Shown here in pieces: positions 28,634 through 39,734 of a stretch of 64,000 nt of DNA. A model generated the notes under the pieces. It saw only the letters and a program-made list of their open reading frames with translations, did no database searches and had not been told where the DNA came from. Origin of the DNA: Chloroflexota bacterium (GTDB lineage Bacteria > Chloroflexota > Limnocylindria > Limnocylindrales > CSP1-4); contig JACPOS010000004.1 in NCBI GenBank assembly GCA_016191395.1, positions 4,166 through 68,165 of the forward strand. Reading direction: 5' to 3'. Made by a program: the position numbers and the translations under genes. Position 1 is the first letter of the stretch; each line of letters opens with the position of its first letter.

Positions 28634-28650
28634 GAACTGCCCGGCAGTTC
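28634..28650. promoter_or_regulatory. 17-bp perfect palindrome GAACTGCCCGGCAGTTC
   Basis: Located 78 nt upstream of the 929-aa ORF start. Could be an operator or a hairpin. Confidence 0.3.
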
Positions 28651-28727
28651 GGACCTGACGTGCCCCAGACGGACATTTGAGGCAAACGCAGGCCCGGGCT
28701 CCCGGCCCGGTGCCACAATCGCCGACG

Positions 28728-31517
28728 ATGGCGGGGCGACTGCTCCTTTCGCGCGCTGAACCCGGGTTCACGCTGCCCGCGTTCGAGCGGATGGTGCCGC
28801 CGCCGGCTCCGGAGCTGGTCGGGGCGCGGCTGGAGGCCAACTCGGCGCCGGGCGAGATCATCGCGGACCTGTTCGGGCGCGGAGGCTGGGTGGCCCGTGC
28901 CGCGATCGACCGGCAACGGCGCGCGTTCAGCCTGGAGTCGAGCCCGCTGACGCGGCTGCTCGCGGACGTCGTGCTGCGGCCGCCGGACCTGCGCCATCTC
29001 GACGCCGCCTTCCAGGCGTTCTCGGCGTCGCCCCACGGGGATTCCAGCCTGCGGCTCTCGATCGCGGACCTGTTCGCGACGAAGTGCCCGACGTGCGGTC
29101 GGAACATCACGGTCGACGAGCTCGAATGGCAGGGTGACGAGATCCGGCACCTGCACGTTCGCTGCCCGGTGTGCCGCGATCAGCAGAAGCGGTCCGATCA
29201 CCAGCTGGCCGAACCCGGACCCGTGGATCGCGAGCGAGCTGCGCACGACGTCGGCGCGGACGACGTTCGACGGCGACTCCGGGAGCGCTTCCCGGTGCCC
29301 GACGGCGCCGATCACCTGGTCGACGCGATCCTGGACCTGCACACCGATCGCCAGCTGGTGGGGCTCGCCGCGATCCTCTCCCGGATCGAGGGCGACCTCA
29401 GGGCGGCCCCGGTGGAGTCGGCGCTCCGGCTCGCGTTCCTGCACGCCGTGCTGCCCGCGAGCCGGCTGGGCCTCGGAGGCCCGCGGATTCCTTCGATCCG
29501 CATCGCCGGCGGCGTGGTCAAGAGCACCATCCCCGACGCATGGCGGGAGCGCAATCCGTGGGTCGCGTTCGAGGACGGCTTCCGGCAGGTCCGGAGCTTC
29601 GTGCAGCGCCTCGAGAGCAGCACGGCCGGCCCGCTCGAGGCGAGATTCGGCGGGGATCTCCGGAGCCTCGCAGAAGGCACCGCGAACGCGATGGTCCGGG
29701 TCATGACGCCCGGCGCCCTGGAGGCCCTGGCCGGAGAGGCGCGCGAGGGCCAGGCAGGCCCGCGGATCGCGCTCGTGCTTGGTCAGCCACCTGCGCGCTT
29801 CAGCCAGGAACGCCTCGGCGCGGCCTACCACGGGACGAGCTGGGTCCTGGGGCGCGAGGCGGCAGCCTTGCTGCCGCTGGAGCCCCTCCTGGGCAACGCG
29901 GTTCGCGCGCCGTGGTCGTGGCAGGCCGCCGCACTCCGGCGGTCCCTCGAGGCGATCGTGCCGCATCTCGCCCGCGAGGCCCGCGTGATCCTCCTGCTGG
30001 AGCACGGCGGGCCGGAGGCGCTCGCCGCGGCCGTGGGCGGCGGTGGCGGCGCCGGGGACCGCCGCGCGGAGGCGCGGCTGACCGATCCCGATGACGAGAT
30101 CGGTGGGGTGGTGGAGCTCATCCCGCCCACCGGCGTCCTGCCGCCCGGGCCCCGGACGCGGAGCAACGTCCGGCTAGAGGGCAGCCCGGGGAGCCGCGGC
30201 GACCCCGAGCTCGTGCCCGGGCCGGGCATGTTCGCGCCCCCCGAACGGATCGAGGCGCGCCCGTTCTCTGCACGCGAGGCCGCCGCGACGGTCCTCGAGA
30301 CCGCCATCGACGTGCTCAAGGCCCGGGGCGAGCCGGCACGCTACGAGCGGCTCCTCGGCGAGATCCTCGTCGGCCTGGACCGATCCGGGCAGCTTCGGCG
30401 ACTGATCGCCGCGGACCCGCCGCCGACCGTGGCAGGTCCGGAGCCGGGCGCAGGCGACACCGCCGGCGAGGACCACGGTCCCAGCTTCGACCAAGGTCCG
30501 GGCATGCTCGGCAGCGCCCTGCCGGCCGCGCGAGGCGCGAGCGGGCAGGACGCGACCGGCCATGCCGCCCAGCCCGGCATCCGGACGCGCATCTTCGCCC
30601 GCCCCGCGGAGCCGCGGGACCCCGTCGAACGGGTGCTCGGCCTCGTCCAGGGCGAGTTCACCCGCCCGAATCAGAACCGCCTCGCCGAGATCGAGCCGGG
30701 TCGCTGGTGGCTCGCCGATCGGCGCGATCGCGATGCCGCCTCCATCCCGCTGGCGGACCGCGTGGAATGGGCGGTCTACAGCCTCCTGTCGACCGCCGGG
30801 CCCATCGCCGAGGGCGCGTTCTTCGAGCGGGTTGCGGCGCTGTTCACGGGCCACGACCTACCGGACGAGACGCTGGTCCGGGCATGCCTGACCAGCTACC
30901 GGAGCCCGGCCTCCACCTCCAGCCGGCTCGTGACCGGCGAGGACCTCCGGCGGCGGACCGAAGAGCACACGGAGCTCCTGGCCCGGCTCGCGAACGGCGG
31001 CCACCGGCTTGGGATGCGCGTGTGGATCGGCCGCCGCGATCAGGCGCGGAAGATCGGCGACCGGACGCTCGGCGACTTCCTGGACCATCGAGAGCGCGAG
31101 CCGTGGTTCCCCACCATCTCGATGGTGCCAAAGGAGGACGGCGAGGCGATCGACTGCGTCTGGTATCGCCGCGGTGGCTCGGCGTTCCTGTTCGAGGTTG
31201 AATGGACCGCCATGCTCGGCGACGTGCTGCTCCGGCGGCACGCCCGAATCCCGCCAGACGACCAGATGATCCGCTTCCTCGCGATCGCGCCGGAGCGACG
31301 TGAGCTCGCTCGGCACAAGCTGGAATCGTCGCCGATCCTGCGCGAGACGATGGAAGCCGCCAACTGGCACCTCATCCTCTGGCCGCACCTGCGCGCCTGG
31401 CTGGATCGCGATCCGCTTGACCTCGCGGATCTCGAGCCGTACCTCGGCCTGGAGCCTGCGATCGAGCGCCGGGCGGAGCAGCTCGGGCTGTTCGAACCGC
31501 CGGCCGCGCTACCCTGA
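28728..31517 (+). CDS. large hypothetical protein: degenerate methyltransferase-like region + Zn ribbon + C-terminal nuclease-like motif
   Basis: 929 aa from the ATG at 28728. DLFGRGG (28866-28886) resembles SAM motif I. CPTCG...CPVCRD Zn ribbon at 29085-29174. IALVLGQPPA (motif at 29778-29795) sits where NPPY would be. IDCVWY...FLFEVEWT (31149-31208) is PD-(D/E)xK-like. Confidence 0.7.
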   Translation: MAGRLLLSRAEPGFTLPAFERMVPPPAPELVGARLEANSAPGEIIADLFGRGGWVARAAIDRQRRAFSLESSPLTRLLADVVLRPPDLRHLDAAFQAFSASPHGDSSLRLSIADLFATKCPTCGRNITVDELEWQGDEIRHLHVRCPVCRDQQKRSDHQLAEPGPVDRERAAHDVGADDVRRRLRERFPVPDGADHLVDAILDLHTDRQLVGLAAILSRIEGDLRAAPVESALRLAFLHAVLPASRLGLGGPRIPSIRIAGGVVKSTIPDAWRERNPWVAFEDGFRQVRSFVQRLESSTAGPLEARFGGDLRSLAEGTANAMVRVMTPGALEALAGEAREGQAGPRIALVLGQPPARFSQERLGAAYHGTSWVLGREAAALLPLEPLLGNAVRAPWSWQAAALRRSLEAIVPHLAREARVILLLEHGGPEALAAAVGGGGGAGDRRAEARLTDPDDEIGGVVELIPPTGVLPPGPRTRSNVRLEGSPGSRGDPELVPGPGMFAPPERIEARPFSAREAAATVLETAIDVLKARGEPARYERLLGEILVGLDRSGQLRRLIAADPPPTVAGPEPGAGDTAGEDHGPSFDQGPGMLGSALPAARGASGQDATGHAAQPGIRTRIFARPAEPRDPVERVLGLVQGEFTRPNQNRLAEIEPGRWWLADRRDRDAASIPLADRVEWAVYSLLSTAGPIAEGAFFERVAALFTGHDLPDETLVRACLTSYRSPASTSSRLVTGEDLRRRTEEHTELLARLANGGHRLGMRVWIGRRDQARKIGDRTLGDFLDHREREPWFPTISMVPKEDGEAIDCVWYRRGGSAFLFEVEWTAMLGDVLLRRHARIPPDDQMIRFLAIAPERRELARHKLESSPILRETMEAANWHLILWPHLRAWLDRDPLDLADLEPYLGLEPAIERRAEQLGLFEPPAALP

Positions 31518-31558
31518 CCGCCGGGGGTCCCCTCGACACCGAAACCGGGAGGAAGCAC

Positions 31559-33232
31559 GTGCCGAATCCAACCGCCGTCGACCGTCTCGCCGACGGCTTC
31601 TGGGAGCGCTTCAAGGAGCTGAACCCGATCAGCGCGACCGTGAACGGCGACACGCGCTACGACGATCGCCTGCCGGACCCGAGCCCGGAGGGACGCGCGA
31701 AGGAGCGGGCGTACGCCGAGGAGATGCGCGACGCCGCTACAGCAGCCTCCGTGGACGGCCTGGGCGTCGAGGACCGGATCACCCTGGACGTCATGCGCGT
31801 GATCGCGGAGATCCAGCTCGTCGAGCTGGACCAGCGGATGGACACCCTGCAGGTCGTGGACCAGATGGGCGGCCCGCAGCAGCTGCTGCCGCAGCTGTGC
31901 CAGGTCCAGTCGGCCGACACGCCCGAGCGCCTCGAGCTGTTCATGGCCCGCCTGCACGCCTACCCGAAGTACATGGCCGACAACGTGGAGCTCGTTCGCG
32001 AAGCCCAGGCAAGCGGGCTCACCGCGCCGCGGATCGTGGCGGAGCGGACCATCGCCCAGCTGGAGCGAATGCTCGCGATCCCGATCGACGAAGCCGTCGT
32101 CCCGTCGATGGTCAAGGTCGCGAACGATGCGGACCGCGAGGCGATCCGCGCCGTCGTCCGCGACGTCGTCATGCCGGCCGACGCGGCGTTCCTCGAGGCG
32201 CTCCGGGGCGACTACCTCTCGGCGACGCGCCCGGAGAACGGGCTCTGGTCCGCCCCGGACGGCGACGCGCTGTACCGGACCCAGATGCTGCGCTGGACGA
32301 CGCTCGAGCTCGATCCGCAGACCGTCCACCAGACGGGCCTGGACCAGCTCGCGTCGATCGAGGAGGAGCGCCGCGTGATCTCGCGCGCAGCGGGGTTCGG
32401 CGACGACACATTCGCGTACCGCGCCTCGCTCGCCGCCGAGACGGCCAACCAGGCCGTGTCCCAGGCGCACCTCATCGCCCGCGCAACAGACGACATCGAG
32501 CGTGCCTTCGAGCTCGCGCCGGCGATGTTCCGCAGGGCGCCGGTCTCGCAGTGCCGCGTGATCCCGGTGGAGGAGTACAAGGAGCGCGACGCGCCGTTCG
32601 CGTACTACTACCCACCGTCGGCCGACACCACCCGGCCCGGCACGTACTACGTGAACACGTTCGACCTGCCCTCGCGGACGTTCTCGCGCCTCGCCGCGAC
32701 GACGTACCACGAGGCGATCCCGGGCCATCACTTCCAGATCTCGCTCGAGAGCGAGAACACGGCGCTCAACAGCTTCCGCCGGTTCGCCGCGCGATACGCC
32801 GGCGGCGCGTATGTAGAGGGCTGGGGCCTGTACGCGGAGCGGCTCGCCGACGAGATGGGCCTGTACCGCAACGAGGCCGAGCGCTTCGGGATGCTCGACG
32901 CCCAGGCATGGCGTGCCGCGCGCCTCGTCGTCGACACCGGCATGCACGCCCTCCGCTGGACGCGCCAGCAGTCCATCGACACGCTCCTGGCCGCCGGCCT
33001 CACGGAGACCGATGCGGTCATCGAGACCGATCGGTACATCTGCTGGCCCGCCCAGGCGCTCACCTACAAGGTCGGCCAGCTGGAGATCGAGCGGCTGCGC
33101 CGAGAGATCGCTGCCCGCGACGGCGAGGCGTTCGACCTGCGCGAGTTCCACGACCAGCTCCTCGGCCATGGCTCGCTGCCCCTCGCGACGCTCGCCCGCG
33201 AGCTGCCGAACTGGGTGGCCACACCCGCCTGA
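31559..33232 (+). CDS. DUF885 family protein (metallopeptidase-like HExxH variant)
   Basis: GGGAGGAAG SD precedes the GTG start. YHEAIPGHHFQ motif and overall DUF885-like sequence. Confidence 0.85.
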   Translation: MPNPTAVDRLADGFWERFKELNPISATVNGDTRYDDRLPDPSPEGRAKERAYAEEMRDAATAASVDGLGVEDRITLDVMRVIAEIQLVELDQRMDTLQVVDQMGGPQQLLPQLCQVQSADTPERLELFMARLHAYPKYMADNVELVREAQASGLTAPRIVAERTIAQLERMLAIPIDEAVVPSMVKVANDADREAIRAVVRDVVMPADAAFLEALRGDYLSATRPENGLWSAPDGDALYRTQMLRWTTLELDPQTVHQTGLDQLASIEEERRVISRAAGFGDDTFAYRASLAAETANQAVSQAHLIARATDDIERAFELAPAMFRRAPVSQCRVIPVEEYKERDAPFAYYYPPSADTTRPGTYYVNTFDLPSRTFSRLAATTYHEAIPGHHFQISLESENTALNSFRRFAARYAGGAYVEGWGLYAERLADEMGLYRNEAERFGMLDAQAWRAARLVVDTGMHALRWTRQQSIDTLLAAGLTETDAVIETDRYICWPAQALTYKVGQLEIERLRREIAARDGEAFDLREFHDQLLGHGSLPLATLARELPNWVATPA

Positions 33233-33351
33233 ACCTGCGGAATTCGCACGGATTCGGGTCACTCCGCACGAATCTCGCGTTGACCGATGGTTCAGGTGCG
33301 TGGCACGATTCAGGCCACACCAGCCGCGACCCTGCGGCAGCAAGGAGCCCA

Positions 33352-34740
33352 ATGTCCGCCCAACCGCCGCAGCCCCTGAAGCGGCAGCGCCAGCTCGACC
33401 TCTATCGCCGCGCCCGGATGACCATGCCCGGTGGCACGAATTCCAACTTCCGCGCCTGGGGCGACGACACCATCTACGTGGATCGTGGCCAGGGCGGCCG
33501 GGTCTGGGACATCGACGGCAACGAGTACATCGACCTGCGCATGGGCTACGGCCCGGTGATCCTGGGCCACGGCGACGCGCGCGTGGACGACTACGTCAAC
33601 GAGCGGATGCGCAGGGGCGTGAGCTTCTCGCTGACCTCGGAGGACGAGGTCGAGGCGATGGAGCTGCTGAAGCAGCTCACGGGCTGGGTCGGCAAGGCGC
33701 GCATGACCGTGTCCGGCACGGAAGCGACGATGCACGCGATGCGCGTCGCCCGCGCGTACACGGGCCGCAACAAGATCGTGAAGTTCGAGGGCCAGTACCA
33801 CGGGGTGCACGACTACGCGCTCGTCTCGGTCACGCCGAACGACATGGCGGATCTCGGCGACGAGGACAACCCGGTGGGGCTGGCCTGGGGTCGCGGCATT
33901 CCCGAGGCCGTCACGCGCACCATCATCCCGGCCCGCTACAACGAGATGGCGGTCCTGCGCCGGATCTTCGAGCGCGACGGCGCTGACATCGCGGCGATCA
34001 TCGTGGAGCCCGTGCTCGGCAACGCGCAGGGGATCATGCCCCGGGCCGGCTTCCACGAGGAGATGCGGGCGCTTACTCGGGAGTTCGGGGCCCTGCTGAT
34101 CTTCGACGAGGTCAAGACCGGCTTCCGGTTCGCGCGCGGCGGCGCCGCGGAGTACTTCGGCGTCACGCCGGACCTGGCGACCTTCGCCAAGGCAATGGGC
34201 AACGGCTATCCCGCGGCGGCGTTCGGTGGCACGGACGAGGTCATGTCGGTCCTGCCGGACAAGGTCAGCCACGGCGGCACGTACGCCGGCAACCGGGTGG
34301 CGGCGGCAGCGTCCGTAGCGACCCTCAGGATCCTGCGCGACACCGATGCGCTCGCCTCCATCCACCAGGTGGGCCGCGCCGTCCAGGCTGGCCTCGCCGA
34401 GGTGATCAACGAGCGCGGGCTGCCCTTCGTGTTCACGGGCCACCCCGTCATGTTCGGGATCATGTTCACCGACAAGATGCCCACGGAGTATCGCGACTGG
34501 GCGAACTCGGACCACGACCTGTACGACGCGGTCGCGGTCGGGATGCACGCCAGGGGCGCGATGCCGGAGCCGGACTCTCGCGAGCCGTGGTTCCTGTGCG
34601 AGGCGCATGCCCGCGAGGACATCGTCGATCGGGTCGTGACCATCTTCGCCGACTCGCTCGACGCGGCCCTCGAGCAGCGCACGGCGGCCGGCGTACCGGT
34701 CCCGACGAAGCACCTCGGTCTGGGCAAGGAGATCGGCTGA
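33352..34740 (+). CDS. class III aminotransferase (glutamate-1-semialdehyde aminomutase-like)
   Basis: AAGGAG SD precedes the ATG at 33352. SGTEATMHAMRVAR, FDEVKTGFR and the PLP-Lys context TFAKAMGNG are present. Confidence 0.88.
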   Translation: MSAQPPQPLKRQRQLDLYRRARMTMPGGTNSNFRAWGDDTIYVDRGQGGRVWDIDGNEYIDLRMGYGPVILGHGDARVDDYVNERMRRGVSFSLTSEDEVEAMELLKQLTGWVGKARMTVSGTEATMHAMRVARAYTGRNKIVKFEGQYHGVHDYALVSVTPNDMADLGDEDNPVGLAWGRGIPEAVTRTIIPARYNEMAVLRRIFERDGADIAAIIVEPVLGNAQGIMPRAGFHEEMRALTREFGALLIFDEVKTGFRFARGGAAEYFGVTPDLATFAKAMGNGYPAAAFGGTDEVMSVLPDKVSHGGTYAGNRVAAAASVATLRILRDTDALASIHQVGRAVQAGLAEVINERGLPFVFTGHPVMFGIMFTDKMPTEYRDWANSDHDLYDAVAVGMHARGAMPEPDSREPWFLCEAHAREDIVDRVVTIFADSLDAALEQRTAAGVPVPTKHLGLGKEIG

Positions 34741-34771
34741 CCGACCTCGGCTGACCGTCCCCGGCTGACCG
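34735..34771. repeat. three copies of GGCTGACCG at an exact 14-nt period
   Basis: Copies at 34735, 34749 and 34763. The first contains the aminotransferase stop codon. Lies upstream of the mscS-like gene. Confidence 0.5.
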
Positions 34772-34788
34772 TCGGCTACGCTTCGGAC

Positions 34789-35733
34789 ATGCCGGACTTC
34801 GCAAAGGCGCCCTGGGCCACCATCGTCGAGATCGGCCGGGACTACGTGGTGCCGGTCATCCTCATCGTCGTCGTCGCGTTCGTGCTCATCCGGGCCGCGC
34901 GCCTGTTCGTGCACGGCGTCATCAAGGCGCTGATGGACCGCGAGGCGACGGAGGGCACGGCCCAGGAGCTGTCGGCGGTCGAGCTGAAGAAGCGCATGGA
35001 CACGCTGGACGGGCTCGGCGCGAACGTCCTCCAGTTCTTCATCGTGATCATCGCGGGCCTCATGGTCCTGCGCTCGTTCGGCCTGGACATCGGGCCCGCG
35101 GTCGCAGGCCTCGGCGTGGTCGGGGTTGCCGTGGGGTTCGGGGCGCAGAACCTCGTGCGCGACTACCTCAACGGCGCCCTCATCCTGATCGAGAACCAGT
35201 TCAGCAAGGGCGACGTCATCCGCGCCGCCGGGGTGTCCGGCACGGTGGAGGACTTCAGCCTCCGGCGCACGACGCTGCGCGACCTCGACGGCGTGGTCCA
35301 CACGGTGCCCAACGGCGAGATCGTGGTCGCGAGCAACCTGACCCGGGTGTGGTCGCGCATCAACCTGGACGTGACGGTCGCGTACGGCACGGACATCGAC
35401 CGGGCGACCGCCGTGGTCGACGAGGTCGGGCGCTTGATGGCCGCCGATCCCATCTGGAAGCGCCGCGTCCTGGAGGCGCCGCGGGTCGATCGCGTCGCCG
35501 CGCTGGGGGAGTACGGCGTGACCCTCAAGATCCTGGGCACCGTCCGGGCCCCGGACCAGTGGTCGGCCGCCGGCGAGCTCCGGAAGCGACTGCTGGCCGC
35601 GTTCACCGAGCACGGCATCGAGATCCCGCGCCCGCAGCGCGTCATCCTCTCGCGCGAGCCCAATGGCCTTGCGCAGGCCGACGAGAGCATGGTGGAGCCG
35701 GCCCACGTGGATGGGACGCTCGGGGGAGACTGA
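34789..35733 (+). CDS. mechanosensitive ion channel (MscS family)
   Basis: TM helices followed by GFGAQNLVRDYLNGALILIENQFSKGDVI and the TVHTVPNGEI beta-domain motif. Confidence 0.85.
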   Translation: MPDFAKAPWATIVEIGRDYVVPVILIVVVAFVLIRAARLFVHGVIKALMDREATEGTAQELSAVELKKRMDTLDGLGANVLQFFIVIIAGLMVLRSFGLDIGPAVAGLGVVGVAVGFGAQNLVRDYLNGALILIENQFSKGDVIRAAGVSGTVEDFSLRRTTLRDLDGVVHTVPNGEIVVASNLTRVWSRINLDVTVAYGTDIDRATAVVDEVGRLMAADPIWKRRVLEAPRVDRVAALGEYGVTLKILGTVRAPDQWSAAGELRKRLLAAFTEHGIEIPRPQRVILSREPNGLAQADESMVEPAHVDGTLGGD

Positions 35734-35745
35734 CCCGCGCCGTCA

Positions 35746-37770
<2,025 letters not shown>

Positions 37771-37825
37771 TCCGGGACCGGAGCCCGCGCCGCCCGCCTC
37801 CGAATTTCCGCCATCTTCGCGCCAG

Positions 37826-38503
37826 GTGCACGCTCGTCAGCCCATTGAGGCGGTGGTGTTCGACGTTGGCGAGACGCTCGTCGACGAGACTCGCGCGTGG
37901 GGGGTGTGGGCGGAGTGGCTGGGGGTGCCGCCGCTGACGCTTGCCGCGGCCCTGGGCGCGGTGATCGCACGGGGCGGGGATCACCGGGAGGTGTTCGAGC
38001 TGTTCCGGCCGGGAATGGACGTTGCTGCGGAGGCGCAGCGGATTGGTGTTGCCGGGCGCTCCGACCTGCTGTCCCTCGATGACCTCGATCCCGACGCGCT
38101 CGGCTGCCTGAGGGCCCTCGCGGCCGACGGCTACCGGCTCGGGATCGCCGCGAACCAGCCCGCGCCGGCAGCCGCCGTCCTCGGCGAAATGGCGATCGAC
38201 TTCGACCTCATCGCGACGTCGGCGGCGTGGGGCGTTGCGAAGCCGGATGCCGAGTTCTTTGATCGGATCGCTGCGGAGCTTCGGCTGCCGCCGGCCGCCA
38301 TCGCGTACGTGGGCGACCGCATCGACAACGACGTGCGACCCGCGATGGCCGCAGGCATGGTCGCCGTGTTCGTGCGCCGTGGACCGTGGGGCTGGATCCA
38401 GGCCGGCCGCACCGACCCGCCGGAGGCGGATCTCGTCGTGGACAGCCTCGAGGAGCTGCCGCTCAGGCTTCGGAGATCGCCCTTCGCCCGAACAGGTTCT
38501 TGA
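37826..38503 (+). CDS. HAD-superfamily hydrolase-like protein
   Basis: VVFDVGETLVDE (motif I-like) and YVGDRIDNDV (motif IV-like) are present. GTG at 37826 chosen inside a longer ORF. The 3' end overlaps the convergent gene by 41 nt. Confidence 0.7.
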   Translation: MHARQPIEAVVFDVGETLVDETRAWGVWAEWLGVPPLTLAAALGAVIARGGDHREVFELFRPGMDVAAEAQRIGVAGRSDLLSLDDLDPDALGCLRALAADGYRLGIAANQPAPAAAVLGEMAIDFDLIATSAAWGVAKPDAEFFDRIAAELRLPPAAIAYVGDRIDNDVRPAMAAGMVAVFVRRGPWGWIQAGRTDPPEADLVVDSLEELPLRLRRSPFARTGS

Positions 38504-39734
38504 GGAGCGAGCCGGCCTCGCGCGGCTTCTCGGTTGCCGGCGCGCCGGAGTGGATCGACAGCAGCCGATCGGCCAGGTGCTCGAAGTCCTGGGTCGCGGG
38601 ATGCCGCGGGAACTTGTCGATGAGGGTCTTGCCGGCGTTCGCCGACCAGACGAAGTGCAGGCCCGCCGAGCGGATGTGCGCGACGGCGGACAGCCCGACG
38701 GTCGCCTCCATGTCGGCCACGGTCACGCCGCTGTTCGCGCGGTTGATGATCATCGACAAGCGGTCCCGCACCCCGACCTCGGTCGCGACGTCCTTGAGCT
38801 GGATGGCCGCGCGCATCGCCGGCAGGTCCGGCGTGACGGGGACAAGGATCCGGTCGGCGATCGCGAAGACCGCGAGGTTGACCTCGCTGTAGGACGGGTG
38901 CAGGTCGATCACGACCGCGTCGACCGCGCCGCGCGCCTCGAGGATGGAGTCGGCGACGCGTGCAGGCTTCAGGTTGGGCTGCTCGAGCGGGTTCGAGGTG
39001 AGGGCGACGACCCGGATCCCGGAGCTGTGCCGCGTCGCGAGGTCCACGAGGAACTCGTGCCCGTAGCCCGCATCCTCGTCCACCCAGCTGTCCGCCGCGG
39101 AGCGCGACGTCTGGAGCCCCAGCGACAGCGCAACGTGACCCGTGACCGTGTCGGCGTCGACGAGCAGCACCTGCAGCTGCTTGCGCAGCTGGAGGACCGC
39201 GGCGAGGTTCGTGGCGATCGTCGTCTTGCCCACGCCGCCCTTGGGATTGAAGACCGCGAAGATCGGCGCGCTCGGCGTCCACTCGGCGCCCAGGGTGCCT
39301 CCGGAGAGCACTGCGTCGCCGGACGCGCCCGCAGGCGCCTGCGTCCGGATGGCCATGGCCTCCAGCCGCCAGCGCAGTGCCTCGACGTTCCAGGGCCGGA
39401 GGATGATCTCGTCAGCCTCAAGCCCGGCGGCCACGAGGCCGTCGAGCTCCGTGTCGCTGGCCGAGTACACGACGGACAGGGCGTCAGGCCGGCCACGGCG
39501 GGCCTCCCGAACGCGCGCGGAGGCGGCCGCGGGGTCGCCCGCCACGTCAACGACCGCCACGATCGTCGGTGTCGCCGGCGAGAACGCCTCGGCGATCGAG
39601 GCGCCGGGCGGCAGCGAGATGGCGTCGTAGCCGGCCTCCGTCATCGCCTCGACGACGGTCGAGCGCTCGGGCTCCGCGAGGGCGACGACGATGACCGGAC
39701 GAACGGGCTCGGGATGGGAGGAGGTCACTGCCAT
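38463..39734 (-). CDS. ParA/MinD-family ATPase with N-terminal receiver-like domain (CpaE/Ssd-like)
   Basis: Deviant Walker A FNPKGGVGKTT is present. The N-terminal ~120 aa have a CheY-like layout (VIVVALAE...IVAVVDVAGDP). Start overlaps the upstream stop (ATGA). Confidence 0.8.
   Translation of the reverse strand: MAVTSSHPEPVRPVIVVALAEPERSTVVEAMTEAGYDAISLPPGASIAEAFSPATPTIVAVVDVAGDPAAASARVREARRGRPDALSVVYSASDTELDGLVAAGLEADEIILRPWNVEALRWRLEAMAIRTQAPAGASGDAVLSGGTLGAEWTPSAPIFAVFNPKGGVGKTTIATNLAAVLQLRKQLQVLLVDADTVTGHVALSLGLQTSRSAADSWVDEDAGYGHEFLVDLATRHSSGIRVVALTSNPLEQPNLKPARVADSILEARGAVDAVVIDLHPSYSEVNLAVFAIADRILVPVTPDLPAMRAAIQLKDVATEVGVRDRLSMIINRANSGVTVADMEATVGLSAVAHIRSAGLHFVWSANAGKTLIDKFPRHPATQDFEHLADRLLSIHSGAPATEKPREAGSLLKNLFGRRAISEA

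Noticed and set aside
33242-33314. Three GCACG(A/G)(A/T)TC-like repeats (near 33245, 33266 and 33303) as an operator upstream of the aminotransferase gene.
   Set aside because: The repeats are short, imperfect and irregularly spaced. This is plausible but not distinguishable from chance by eye.
31300-34740. Very long ORFs in the six-frame track, for example 31300..34740 (+, 1146 aa), 45742..48996 (+, 1084 aa), 33310..35706 (-, 798 aa), 10379..12547 (-, 722 aa) and 15609..17747 (-, 712 aa).
   Set aside because: Their translations are Arg/Pro/Gly/Ala-rich low-complexity sequence typical of off-frame or antisense reading in high-GC DNA. They overlap genes with clear family motifs. Only the motif-bearing sub-ORF or the opposite-strand gene was kept.
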